Source: Lingula anatina
Taxonomy: Eukaryota > Animalia > Brachiopoda
NCBI GenBank assembly: GCA_051362555.1
Contig: CM120640.1
Coordinates: 930,001 to 994,000 of the forward strand
Direction of reading: 5' to 3'
DNA: 64,000 nucleotides
The first letter of the stretch is position 1. Each line of letters opens with the position of its first letter. The notes beneath the pieces were generated by a model, which did no database searches, was not told where the DNA came from, and saw only the letters and a program-made list of their open reading frames with translations. The translations under genes and the position numbers were made by a program. Of the stretch, positions 24,656-36,852 are shown piece by piece.

Positions 24656-26015
24656 TCATTGGAATAATTTAAAAGCATCACAAAATTCACCATCGATCAA
24701 TCTAAATAAGTCCGGCTCTTTTAAATAACAAGCGGTTACTGTGGTCTGATCGTCGTCAACAATATTTTGGTTTAGCAGCTCCTCAAACATATTCTTATGA
24801 AGGTTAACATACGTCTCCACCGCCCTCCGCGTCCCTCCAAAGAAACCACCAGCAAATATAGGGTCTTTGTTCACTTTATATTCCTTTCGAATGGATTTCA
24901 GTCTTTGTAGCTGACCTCGTCGTCGTAAAATAAAGACTACCCGGTGATCGTCTGGATCCATGATGTTTTGTGGAAACCATAGAGGTGACGGAGGCACGCG
25001 CCCAGGTTTTCCCTCTCCGTATCCAAAATCAATCCAGTAAAAGAATTTAGTTTTAAAGCGACCAGATTGACTGGCTTTTAAAAGTAACGGTGCTTTGGAA
25101 TTGGTTACGATGTTGTACCACGGGCAAAATCCTTCTGGGTGTTTTAGAAGTTTGTGGCCTTTTTTAAATTTGCCTGAGAACATGACATTATTGACTTGGT
25201 CCAAATATTGGGCGCAGTGTAATTCCTCTTTGGAGAGAGAAATTATTTCCGTTTTGTCCATCATGCCAGCTCTCATTGCTTCCACCCGTGATCTGAATTC
25301 TTCAGGAACAAACACGATAAATTTTGACTGCAGCGACAATATGCTTTCGGCGTAAGTGAAATATTTGTCATTATCTCTTTTAAATCTTGGCCAAGAGCCC
25401 CGCCCAATGTCAAAAAATCCAGTAACGAAGGTAACATCTGCATCTGAAATATATAATGTATGTCCATATTTTAGCACGTTAGGGTACTTTAATATGTCAA
25501 TCATTCATTGTTGATGCGTCACATAATCATGAGTTATAATGACGTTTATGATAATCTGTAAAAAAAAAATAATAAAATAAAAATGATGACACTTTGAAAG
25601 GTACAGTCTGCAGGTGTGATATAAGAGCTTGTTTTTCATTACCTGTTGATTATCAGTTTTAATTTTTTCTTTTAATCTTAAACCCTTATTAAAAAGTGAC
25701 ACCTGTGTGACACAAACTACTGGCACATTCCCGTTGTAGTGCTAAAAGCGTCCGTTTAGTCTCGCTAGCATTAGAAAACTAATCAGTATACTTGCCGACC
25801 ACGGTGGTTCCATTTTGATCCGAAAGAACTGGTCCAATAGCAGGGACAGACAAACGTCCACCCATGTCTGCTAACGGCGTAGGCTTTGTTAAGAACGTCA
25901 GACTTGCACAACGGTATAACAGTACTGTCCCAAGACAAGCTACCAACAATATCCATCTCAAACCCATTTCGAGTCTTCTTTTTAGTTGTTTGTATATAGT
26001 GTTCGTATATGACAT
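24656..26015 (-). CDS. HtrL/YibB-family protein with N-terminal TM anchor (putative glycosyltransferase-like), 335 aa; join(25796..26015, 24656..25443)
   Basis: Motifs VTGFFDIGRGSW, FFYWIDFGY, FAGGFFGG, DDDQ. The phase-1 join (GC-AG intron) gives 1008 nt in frame. Confidence 0.75.
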
Positions 26016-26789
26016 GATGCACCTTGAACGGGTAAAATGTTTCAGCCAAGGACACGTGAGGAATGCTTATGTAGTAAATAATGCACTGTCCACGAGCCCG
26101 ATATCACCACATCATGCCCAGCGCCAGCGAGTCACCGTCCAATCATTTTCATTTGCGTGAATGGTTTGTGGTTGCGTGTATATTGACAGGGACATGGATC
26201 AGTCGTTTTCTGTGAGTAATTGGCTGATTTCCTCCTCATCTTCCGCACTTGGCAGTCACTCAGTCTCATTCATTGTATCGGTCCCTGCAATCCTTTTATT
26301 TAGATATCAGCCCCGTGGTATGTATACCCACGTGGACGGCGGATAAGCGGATGTTTATTTTTATCTTCATATGTTAATTTCATATATTTATATTATCTCT
26401 AAATGTTAATATCATATATTTAAATTATCTTCATATGTAAATGTCAAGTAATGTATATTTATATTGCCTTGATTCATATCTGCCCAGCTTGATTACATAA
26501 TACCATCATGCAATGTGGGTTGGAGCAGTGTTGAATGGTGTTTATTTCTGTGCGACGTAAATAAAATGTCTTATTTTATAACTACATGTATTTTATTTAC
26601 ATGTATTTGTTAATCACAGGCTTGGACGCCACACAAGCATTTAGCCATGCGTTCAATGTTCATGTAAAAATACATTAACATGTCTTAGGGTGTTGTTAAT
26701 GCTATTTTTCTCACAATTCAGTGTGTGTGTGTGTGAGAGCGAGGGGGGGGGGGGTGAAAGTCCTAGGACTTCTCCTAGGACGTTTTCTT

Positions 26790-27330
26790 GCAGCTACTTC
26801 AGGGTTTCTAAAGGACTAGATACGTCTACCCCGTATATATGCAAAAAACTGAGAACTGGTTGAGTTACTCCAAAATTATACACATTTCCAAAAGATTAAT
26901 AGTACTTCCAAGGTTTTGGACTGTTAAGTTGTGCTCTTTAGTGTTTTTAAAAGTACATAACAACTCAAGAAGAAATTTAATTATGTCTTCTGAAGTAGCC
27001 ATGTTTTGCTTACTACTATAGAATGTGTCCGTAATATTTATTAAAATTGCTTTTAAATATCACCTTGAAGAGGGTTGTTAAATCATTGGAATTTCTTTAC
27101 TAAACAAGATTTAGGTAAGTTTTTTATATTTTGAAACAGAATTGTTAGCCCATTATTATTTCGTTTAAATAAATTAAATCGAATTTCAGGACTTAGTCAT
27201 ACATGTGTATCTAATGACAGCCCTAAACATATTGCCATTGGTCTTCAGAAAAGTAACCGCTAGTGAAATATCCAAGTCAGCAAGTGCTTAGATACATGTA
27301 GCATCTGTGGAAAATCAAGCTAAGTTTCAC
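26790..27330 (-). promoter_or_regulatory. Orphan copy of the subfamily B peptide promoter/exon 1 and upstream flank, with no peptide CDS
   Basis: Homologous to 29720-30200 and 42670-42850. Confidence 0.6.
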
Positions 27331-28090
27331 CGACCGAAGCATTCAGCTCGACAGAAGAATGAATAATACAAAAAATTGCATCATTTTTCACGTTTGAGGA
27401 TTATCAGTAAAAGCGATATAAATTTATAATAGGCGCCCGTGGTACTTGAAAATGTCACCTAGGCTTCAGTCATTTGCTGCAAGGAGACACGCTGCGGATG
27501 ACTGATGCTCAGCCGCATTAGTTTTGCCTCCTCCCCTCTTAATGTTTATTATAATCCTCTGCACGTAGATACTGATTTGAAATTTTACTGCTACACCCGT
27601 AATGGGAGCGACTGATGCGCGAATTTTAACTTGAGGCGGGTTTCATCGCACTTATTATTAGGTTGAACTACTGTAACCGGCGCGTTTACCAGGCCATTAC
27701 ATTATTTTTATTTCTGGTATCAATTATTTACCACATATCGCAATTATTTGTTTCAACGCATGATTTAAATTTCCATATTTAATCATATCGTAAAACAAAC
27801 AAAATTCCTCTTTAATTTGATGCAACCCCAAATTATTATTTATCATGTCGAGTTTCATTGATATCATGGCATTGACTGAATGCAAATTTCGTGACAAAAT
27901 AATGGCTGTATAAATGAAACGATCATAGTTTGTTGAAGCTTATTTTTGATTTTATTTCGATTGTTCTGAATAACTGGAACAAAAACATTCAGTTCTTATT
28001 GACGTCTCTATTAATGTTTTCCAACACATTGCCAAAATTAAGATTCACATTCATAACAGTTAGGTCACAATAGTTCAGTCTGTTGTATAT

Positions 28091-29132
28091 TGTAGCGGTT
28101 TTTGAGTCTAAAGGTAGCGTGCTAATAAAAGTTCAATCCCAAGAAACAGAGTTCTTTTTATCAATAAACAGTTTTATTTAAATCCAACAAAGTTTGTAAG
28201 GAGGCAATAAAAAGTTCAATGTGTCCAGATATAATTTAAATGATAATGATGAAGAGTTTAATATAAATGCATAATCCAGGGTGCTACTAGGTAAAGTCAT
28301 TAATCGTAGGAGGTACTGGTACTGGTGGGCTTCACTTCGGAATTATTCCTACCGACGGATTCCTAGGGTCCCGTAGCTACGCTGACCCTGTCGGGATAAT
28401 CTGACTGAGATATCCCTTAACGTTGGTGCCCCCAGCCAACGTATCGCTTGTCCTAATCGACCTCCTGCCTAAGGTCTGCCTACTCTACACGGGAGATATT
28501 TCCCTCGTCGTTGGTGCCCCAGCCAACGTAACTCAGGCCTTCGTTGCTACGCAAAGCCTGTAGGGAGAATCTGACGGAGATTTTCCCTGTCGTTGGTACT
28601 CCTGCCAACGTGTCACTCTTCCTAACTAACCAACAATCAACCGCCCCAGTGAACCTGCCAGAGAAAGTAGAAACTTTCTCAATCGGAGCCTCGAGCGGAG
28701 CCTTGTCCAATCAGATTCGACCAACCGCCCCAGTGAACCTGCCAGAGGGAGTAGAAACTCCCTCAATCGGTACCTCGAACGAGTAGTATCCTCTGTGTCT
28801 CTCCGTGGTGTCTTCACCCAGCGTGAGGTGGGCTCTGTGTCAGGAGATAATTTTATCGTTCTCACCTATGAAAGGGGAAGGGGTATAGGTAAGCTCGTAA
28901 AGACGTTGTTAGCACCAGAATATTACTTCAGTACCGCAAGGTCGTCCTGCCCATGTTGTATAACTCGCCAGAATTATTGGCCACAGTGCTGACGAGGGTA
29001 ATGGTTCCAGTCACATGAATCAATAAGTTGTTACAAACGCCCAAATATTTACCGGACGCTCCCATGGGGGTCTTTATGGCCCATAATGATAGGAATTACT
29101 TTGATAACGATTGTTAAAAATTTGTTTCCATT

Positions 29133-29135
<3 letters not shown>
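28091..29135. mobile_element. Solo LTR (Gypsy-like, TG...CA, 4-bp TSD ATAT)
   Basis: tgtagcgg...ccattaca termini, ATAT on both sides, and internal direct repeats. It interrupts sequence that is contiguous in the paralogous 3' flank at ~15875-15950. Confidence 0.7.
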
Positions 29136-29175
<40 letters not shown>

Positions 29176-29243
29176 TCTCTATGAGAGTGGTGGCCAAGAA
29201 GTCATCGTTCATGCTTGCTGTCGATGGCCGTGGTATGAATTCA

Positions 29244-29496
29244 CTAACCAAGGCTTCTTTCATATCTTTTTGGCTCTTCAGGTGCCGCAATTCTATTTGA
29301 ACAAGAGCAGACTGTGAGAAGGTGTCCGTTGGAATAAACTGTGCTCTTCTCACAACCTCCTTTACACCATATACTTACACAATCCGCTTATCACATTATA
29401 ATAACACGGTGGCGGAATCGCATCTGTGACAGCGGACAGGAGACAGAAGGACACCAGAACAGTCAGCAAGACCAGTTGGGCCGCACGTTCCTCCAT
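29244..29496 (-). pseudogene. Subfamily B peptide with a 2-bp deletion (~29375)
   Basis: Restoring AA gives MEERAAQLVLLTVLVSFCLLSAVTDAIPPPCYYNVISGLCKSIWCKGGCEKSTVYSNGHLLTVCSCSNRIAAPEEPKRYERSLG*. Confidence 0.8.
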
Positions 29497-31424
29497 AATC
29501 AATCCTGCATTATGAAAATGTAACGCCTGTTTAAATCAAAACTAATTTTTCCTAAATGCATTTGGGATTTCTTTACTTGTTAAACGATTTATCTTAAGTT
29601 AATCTATTATTTCGCGAGAGGAGTTTTAAAGTTATAGCTAATATATTTGTTAAAGCTTACCCGTTATGAATAACTCGCATTAAAGTATCTGCTTAAGCTG
29701 TTTTCTTGGAACAGCTTCTTACAGCAACTTCGGTGTATCTGTAAAACTATATCACGTCCACCCCATATATATGCAGAAACTGATAACTGTTTGAATTACT
29801 ACAAAATCATGTACATTGACATAAAATAAATAGTACTTACTCTGTCTTGGGCAGTGAAGTAGTACTTTTTAGTGTTTTTAAAAGTACATAACTTCTCATG
29901 TCAAGATATTTCATTTTCTCCTCTGCAGCATCCATGCGTTACTTAGTACTATTAATTGTGTCCGGAATAGTCTGTATTTATTTAATTTGTTTCGAAATAA
30001 CAGCTTGAGGAGGGTTGTTAAAACCATGACATCTTATCTGGAACAGAATTGTTCTTATTTTTCCGTTTAAATCAATACAGTGCAAGTTTCCAGGATTTAG
30101 TCAAGTAACATATTGCCTTTGGCCTTCATAAAAGTAACCACCGGTGAAACCACAAAGATATATAGCCAAGTGGGCAAGTGCTTAGATAGCAGAACATCGG
30201 GTTAAGTTTGCATGCAACGCCTCCATGACGGTACAATGGGCGTCGAAAGTTTTTATTTAAAGATAATTCTAGAGCTTCCAAGGTGAGGCGAGAGTGCTGT
30301 TAACATAACTGTTGCCAGGTCTGATGAATATCTGCATGGTCGGCTCTAAAATACAGACACGCATAAACAGGCGCGTTGATTTTAATATAAAAATGTTCGG
30401 AATTAGTTCCACAGTTCAATGGCAATAAAAAGAACAGTGGAAAACCGTGGACGACTATTATCATGGACCATAACTATTCAACTCGACAATAAATTACATG
30501 TACATTACAACAATTGAAAAAAAAGTATTTTGCACTTTTTATGCTTGAGATTTCTCACTAAAACAATATTAATTTATAATGCCTTTAATTTTATAATAAC
30601 CCCCACAAATTAAAACGTCTGCACTATGTTGTTTGGGAATTATATATAAAATAGTCTTTTCAGGCGTAAAAACTATGTATTTTGGCACTGTCACAATTAT
30701 TTAATTTTAACATCAAAATTTAATTCATTTTAGTAGAAGGATTCACAATAAAAGCGGCCGGCATCGGCCAAATTTCAAACATCATACTTGTGTTTGTCAC
30801 TTTATTGCTTCTTTTCTCGGCATCGTATTGAACTTTTCGATAAAGGAGACATAAAAGTATTTTGCACTTTTTATGCTTGAGGATTCTCACTAAAACAATA
30901 TAAATTTATAATGGGCAAGGATTAAGTAAAATAGGTCCAATTATCTGTATCTTAGACCCTCGTGTTTGTTGAGGGCAGGTTGTTCAGTTCACTCATGGAT
31001 GGCCTCTTGGGCTCTTCCGTATTTAATTTAAACGTAATTCATACAGAGCATAATTCTAATTTGACACACCACCAGCGTTTACTTAATCGTAACGAGTTCA
31101 TTTTATATCGTATTATAACAATGATTGAATGCACATTGCATGACAAAATATTTGGTAGATACACTACAAGTACAGTTTTCTGATAAAATAAAATTTATTT
31201 CGAATTTTATTTATTTCCTTGTGGAACTGGAACAAAAACATTCAACTATTAATGACGTTTCTATAAAAGTTTCCCATAAATTGCCAAAATAACGGTACAC
31301 TCTTAATGCAGTAAGGTCACACTGGTTCTGCTTGCTGTAAATATACTTTCTCTTTTAATAATCACTATACCGCCATCTTCCTTGTCTTTACTATGCAGCC
31401 GGTCTTGGTGACTTCAGCAAAGTT

Positions 31425-31631
31425 TTACTGTTGTCGCCTGTGTCTTTTGGATACCGACCGAAATGGACAAAAGCATATTTGAATTTCCCCCACGTAGCCA
31501 GTATTACAGCCTCCAGTACAGCCAGTATTAACACACGATTTCTTGTACTCATCATAAAAACACCCTGCACTTGTTAAAGCAGACATGAGGAAGACCGTCA
31601 TCAAAACTGTCAGCAAGACGCGTTCCTTCAT
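31425..31631 (-). CDS. Secreted 6-Cys peptide, divergent subfamily B (C-x8-C-x4-C-x3-C-x10-CxC)
   Basis: MKERVLLTVLMTVFLMSALTSA signal peptide, same acceptor context, basic C-terminal tail. Confidence 0.8.
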   Translation of the reverse strand: MKERVLLTVLMTVFLMSALTSAGCFYDEYKKSCVNTGCTGGCNTGYVGEIQICFCPFRSVSKRHRRQQ

Positions 31632-32589
31632 AATCAGACCTGCAATACAGTATAATATGTAACGTTTAGGTGTATACTACTTTCAACTTAATAACTGTAG
31701 GTGTTTATTTTCTTTTAGAACGCCTAATCTGAAGCTAATCCATTGATTCAAAATGATAATTGTTATTTAAATATTTGGCAACCTGTAAAAGGTTGTGTAA
31801 ATATAATGACACAATCACATATAATTACTGAAGATAAAAATAACTAGAACATTGATGGATATTTAAAAAAATACCAAGATAAAATTCAGCTATACAAATT
31901 TAAATAAATTTAACGACTTAAAAGTTTTAAAAGTTTGTGTGTCACCTAGCTTTGAGGCTTGTCTAATGAATATTTGGTCCTGGATCAATTAAAAATACAT
32001 AAATATATTACATATTGCAGTAGATATATTGTTTGTAATCAGTGAGCATTAGTGTGTATGCCATTAAATGCGTACTTGAATATATCGAGACAGTTTTATA
32101 TACGGTAAAAAATCTGCTGGTCGTTAGAGTAAAGTTATATTAACGTTTTAACGGTTTCACCTCTACTTTTAGTTTATAATTGATCTTTATGTGATTTGTA
32201 TTGAGATTCAAGGTAAATAATGAAAACCATTCCTGTTCGAGAAGCCGAATAGACCAAGTCTGCTTATCACGTGTTCACGGGTTGGTGTCCGATATATGAT
32301 ACAACATTTCAAGGCTATTTTCATTACGTTAAGGAATGGAATGATTTTCTTTTATAAATGAATGTATGACGCTATGAATAGTCTATGTTTCCTAACCCAA
32401 ACTCATTTCTGCATTTTGGAAAATGTTATTTGTCTCAACTATCGAAATGTATTTGCTGCATTTTCCAAGTCCCCGTCCACTACACATGAATAGAGATCAG
32501 TATCTGCGCCACCAGCTCAGATCAAGGCTGGGTACTGTGTCTGAGGAACGTGTGTCTCTTAAGTTAGCGGGTCTCGTTGACATACAGCA

Positions 32590-33060
32590 TTCCTCGTTTT
32601 CTCTTTCCTGGTGATTTCATTGCCAGCATTCTTTGGTATTGCTTCTTCCCTCATGATGCACCATAGTTCTTCTCTAGGCACTCTGTCAATGGTCTTCTCC
32701 AGGTTAATGAAAAGTGGAATTGTCGTCCTTCCCGATATTTCTCAATTAGCATCCTCAATGCAAAGATGGCTTCTGACCTACTTTTTCCCGGCCGCTGGTC
32801 CCTACTTCGCCTTGTTGTGGCTCACTAGCTTTATGCCTCTGCCATTATGTGCATCACCTTCGTTCTTGTATATCAGGGTCAATGTACTTTTTCTCCATTT
32901 TTCTGCCATATGTTTCCCTTGGAGGAGCGACTTGAATCCAGATGTTAAATATCCAATACTTACCTCAAGGATGTTGTCCGGTCCAATAGCCTTGTCTTTT
33001 TTCGTCTACCACATTGTCTTATTTGTCTCGTCTCTTTTAATATCGGGGACCATAATGTCC
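32590..33060 (-). mobile_element. RTE-clade LINE reverse transcriptase fragment (degenerate)
   Basis: Minus-strand translation gives KAIGPDNI, RGIKLVSH and FINLEKTIDRVPREELW. Confidence 0.75.
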
Positions 33061-33454
33061 CATGTAAGTGATTTGTCGTTAAATGATAACACTCAGGATA
33101 TAAGCTTTCGTCTAAAAATAAAGCAGAAACACGAGCCAAAGCACAGTCGATGTGCAAACGCTTACCGAGAATCTATCACTAGTAGAGAATTGGGCTCTCT
33201 GGCACTTCTCTAGACCTAATGGAAGAGACTTTTGTGAAAACTTCAGCTGCAAGTTAATTAACTGCCTGAAAGCCGATTTTAAGCCACCTCGCCCTTTACT
33301 CCTGACAGTTCATATAAATATGATTAAAAATTGTTATTTAACACTTGGTTGAACCCGCATATAATAATGTAGAGTGCTTCGTCAGGTTGATGTTTGACGT
33401 ATCATTATGTGGGAGTAAAAATAATTAATTAAGAGCAGCAACAGCCTCAGGATA

Positions 33455-36400
33455 TAGTCCAAGAAATTGGTGCAGAAAAAAGGGTGAATTGTGCGTTTTT
33501 TACCTACAAGCATGAAATTTGCCACAGTTGTAGATAATGGAATTCTAAGCTTTTTTGGATATATGGGCATGTCTGAAAATTCCAGTATGGCCGCCAAATC
33601 CAATATGGCCGCCACAAATACTCTTTTAAATTAAAACATCTAATATATAGTCCATAAATGGTTGAGAATATCATTTTATAGCTGGAAAATATCATGCTAT
33701 GAATGAATTATCAATACCCGCTTCTACAGGTGTATAGAATTCCAAAATGGCCTCCAAAAGTAAAATAAGCAGTTTACTTACGCAAAATATGCAGCAGTTT
33801 TGTAAAATCATCAAGCACTTACAATTACAAGCATAAAAATTGGCACAGTTATGTAGAACATGATTCTAAGCAACGTTGGATATAGGGGCATGTCTGAAAA
33901 TTCCAATATGGCAGCCAATTTCAATATTGCCCCCAAAATACCCTTTCAAGGTGAAAGTTATTTGTATAGTCTTTTATAAAAATATCATTAAATGGTTAGA
34001 AAATACCATTGTATGTATGCATGAAGTATCAGTATCTGCCACTTAAGGTTTTAAAATTCCAAAATGGCCTCCAAAAGTCAGCAGACCACAACTATTGAAT
34101 TGTAATCACTCGTGAATAGGCATGTGGGCTTTGCAAACTACCTGTATAATCAGTATATTCCTACCTGTGCAGGAGCTATTCTACAGAGTTTTTAAAAAAC
34201 CATCAAGCATGATACATTTATTATGTACTGAAAACAGTCCTTCTTTTGATAAACCAACATAAGTAGTTTGACTTTTTGCTCTGGATTCTCATTTAGATCA
34301 ATTCCCAGTTAGCAATCTTCTTATATGGCACTCATGAGTGACTCCCCCTTTCTAAGAAAAAAAAAGTATCGTGCAAAATCCATAAAATGTGAAAGAAACA
34401 CCAGAATAACTTAGCCTTAAAGAGGCAAATATAAAAAAACTTGGGGTGTACCAATTTTGTCTGTTGGTTATGATTCTTCAGCTAGATCAGTGTATGGCGC
34501 TTCATCAAATGCTCATAAATATAACAAAAATGACAGCTAATCAAACACACAGGTCTCAACAATTTGGTGTTTTTCATTGGTAAAGTACTAAAAGCGGGGC
34601 ACATTTGCACTCGATAATGTTATGATGTTATCTTGTGCTTCAAAAGTAAATTAGAAAAGCTTCTTATTTAAAAAATTGGCTTTAGTACATTCGCAGTAAT
34701 GGCTACCGAGAATTTAGTGAAAATTTATGAGCAAAGAAATACCTGTACCCCAAACAGAGGGCAGGTGTTGATACGTGCTGTATCCAAGAGTTGCATTGCA
34801 GACTTCATACTTCGTGCACTAAAAAAGAAGCACTGATAGGCGCCAAACTTTGGTTTTCATTTGATCATTTGGCAACTTGTTTAGTTACAAACTTTTACTT
34901 TCAAAAAACTGAACATGAAAATAAAAGAATTAAAATCCTCCAGACAGTTAATACATACAAAACTTCAAAAAACGATGTATTCTGAGGATTACACCAAGAA
35001 ATTAGTGCAATATGGACTTTGAAGGGTAAAAATTCATGAGATTTCCGGCATCATTGTCTCTGTGGGACAATCCAGAATGAAGCCATGAGGAGTATTCACT
35101 TACCCAGCTTACAAAATCTACCAGGTAGCTCCTACCACATCTGTTTGTAGTTATGTGTGCAGTTGCTAACTGTGGTGAGGGGAGTCAGAAGCATTGGAAG
35201 ACTGGTCCTATAAGGGTTCACACTAGTAACCTACATCTACTACTATGCCCTACCACACTTTCATATTCCTATTGACCCTCATGCATGTAAACTGATGCTT
35301 TCTTGTGTTAAAAACGACCAATGCCTCTTGGTATTTTGTTGGGGAACGTGGATTACATGTAGAAGCTTTAGCTTTAAGGAAATACTGGGAAAGCTGAGGG
35401 AAACACAACTACTAGTAAAGCTAGGCACACATTAATAAATGAAATTATTTAACCAAATAAGTAGAAATTTCGGTGTAGCTAGCTGTTATCCTCTGTTGAG
35501 ATATTTTCCATTTACTAAAGTAAAAGGTTGTCCGCCTATAAAATGTGCAACACTTACTTGATAAAATAACTTTCGTTAATTTGAAACTTATTTGTGAAAA
35601 TACCTTGACATTTTCATATCCTTGACATTTATAGAATTGCTGCATGTGGTGTCACAACTAGACAAAAAGGAGTCCTGTTCCATTTTTTATGGTCATTTGG
35701 GTCTAAATGTAACTAAAGGAGCGAAAAACCAAAAAAGAGTAAAGACTGTCGTCAGTCAGATTATATAGTAGTCTTTTTTTACTTTAAAAGGGTTTTAGTG
35801 GCCATATTAGAATATTCAGACATGTCCCTATATAACAAATTGCTTAGAATCCTGTTCTGTACAATTGAGCCAATTTTCATGCTTGTAGTTTTAAGTGCAT
35901 GATGAATTCACCATACTGCTGCTGTGAGTGGCCTGTTTTTCTTATTTTTGGAGGCCATTTTGGATTTCTATACACTTAAAGAATCAAATATTGATACTTC
36001 ATGCATACCATAGTCTTGTCTAACCATAAAATGTTATCTTAAGTTATTATAGGATTATATATACTTGAAGTTTTAATTTGAACGGTTATTTGTGTCGGCT
36101 ATATTGGATTTGGGGGCCCTATATTGAAATTTTTAGACATGCTCATACATCCAAAAGTGCCTGGAATCCTGTTTTACAACTGTACCAAATGCCATGCTTG
36201 TAGTTTTTGATGAATTAACCACTCTGCTGGATATCTTGGATATGTACAGTGCTTTTTACTATTGGCGGCCATTTTGGATTTAATACACCTAAAAAAGCAA
36301 ATATTGATTCTGAATTCATACCGTGGTGTTTTTTAACCTTTGTATGATATTTACGCCCTTAAAAGACTATATACTTGAAGTTTTAATTAGAAGCCGTATT

Positions 36401-36852
36401 TTTGGAGGCCATCTTGGATTTGAAGGCCATTTTTAAATTTTCGGATATGCCCATACATCCAAACTTGCTCAGAATTTCATTTTCCACAAACCTGCCAAAT
36501 TTTATGTTTGTAGTTTTAAGTGCTTGATGAATTCCCCATTCAAATGGATATCTTGAATAAATGGTCTGCTTTTTTTACTTTTGGCGGCCATTTTAGATTT
36601 AATACTCCTGAAGGATTCATACCATGGTGTTTTCTAACCTTTATATGATATTTTAAGTCATTAGAAGACTATGTACTTGAAGTTTTAATTTGAAAAGGTA
36701 TTTTGGTGGCCATATTGGATTTGACGGCCATTTTGGAATTTTCAGACATGCCCATATATCCAAATTTGCTTAGAATTTTATTTTCCATAAGTGTGCCAAA
36801 TTTCATGCTTGTAGGTAAAAAATGCACAATTTTTCACCAATTTCCTGGACTA
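33455..36852. mobile_element. Academ-like DNA transposon (TAG...CTA termini, long repeat-rich TIRs, 3-bp TSD ATA), decayed interior
   Basis: tagtccaagaaattggtg / caccaatttcctggacta; subterminal 'aatatggccgcc' arrays; ATA on both flanks. Superfamily call is from recalled terminal features. Confidence 0.7.

Noticed and set aside
25505-25726. Extra internal exon(s) of the HtrL-like gene
   Set aside because: Candidate acceptors give stops in the required phase, and the direct exon 1-exon 2 join is in frame.
32611-33213. 200-aa hydrophobic plus-strand ORF
   Set aside because: Antisense to an RTE reverse transcriptase remnant.
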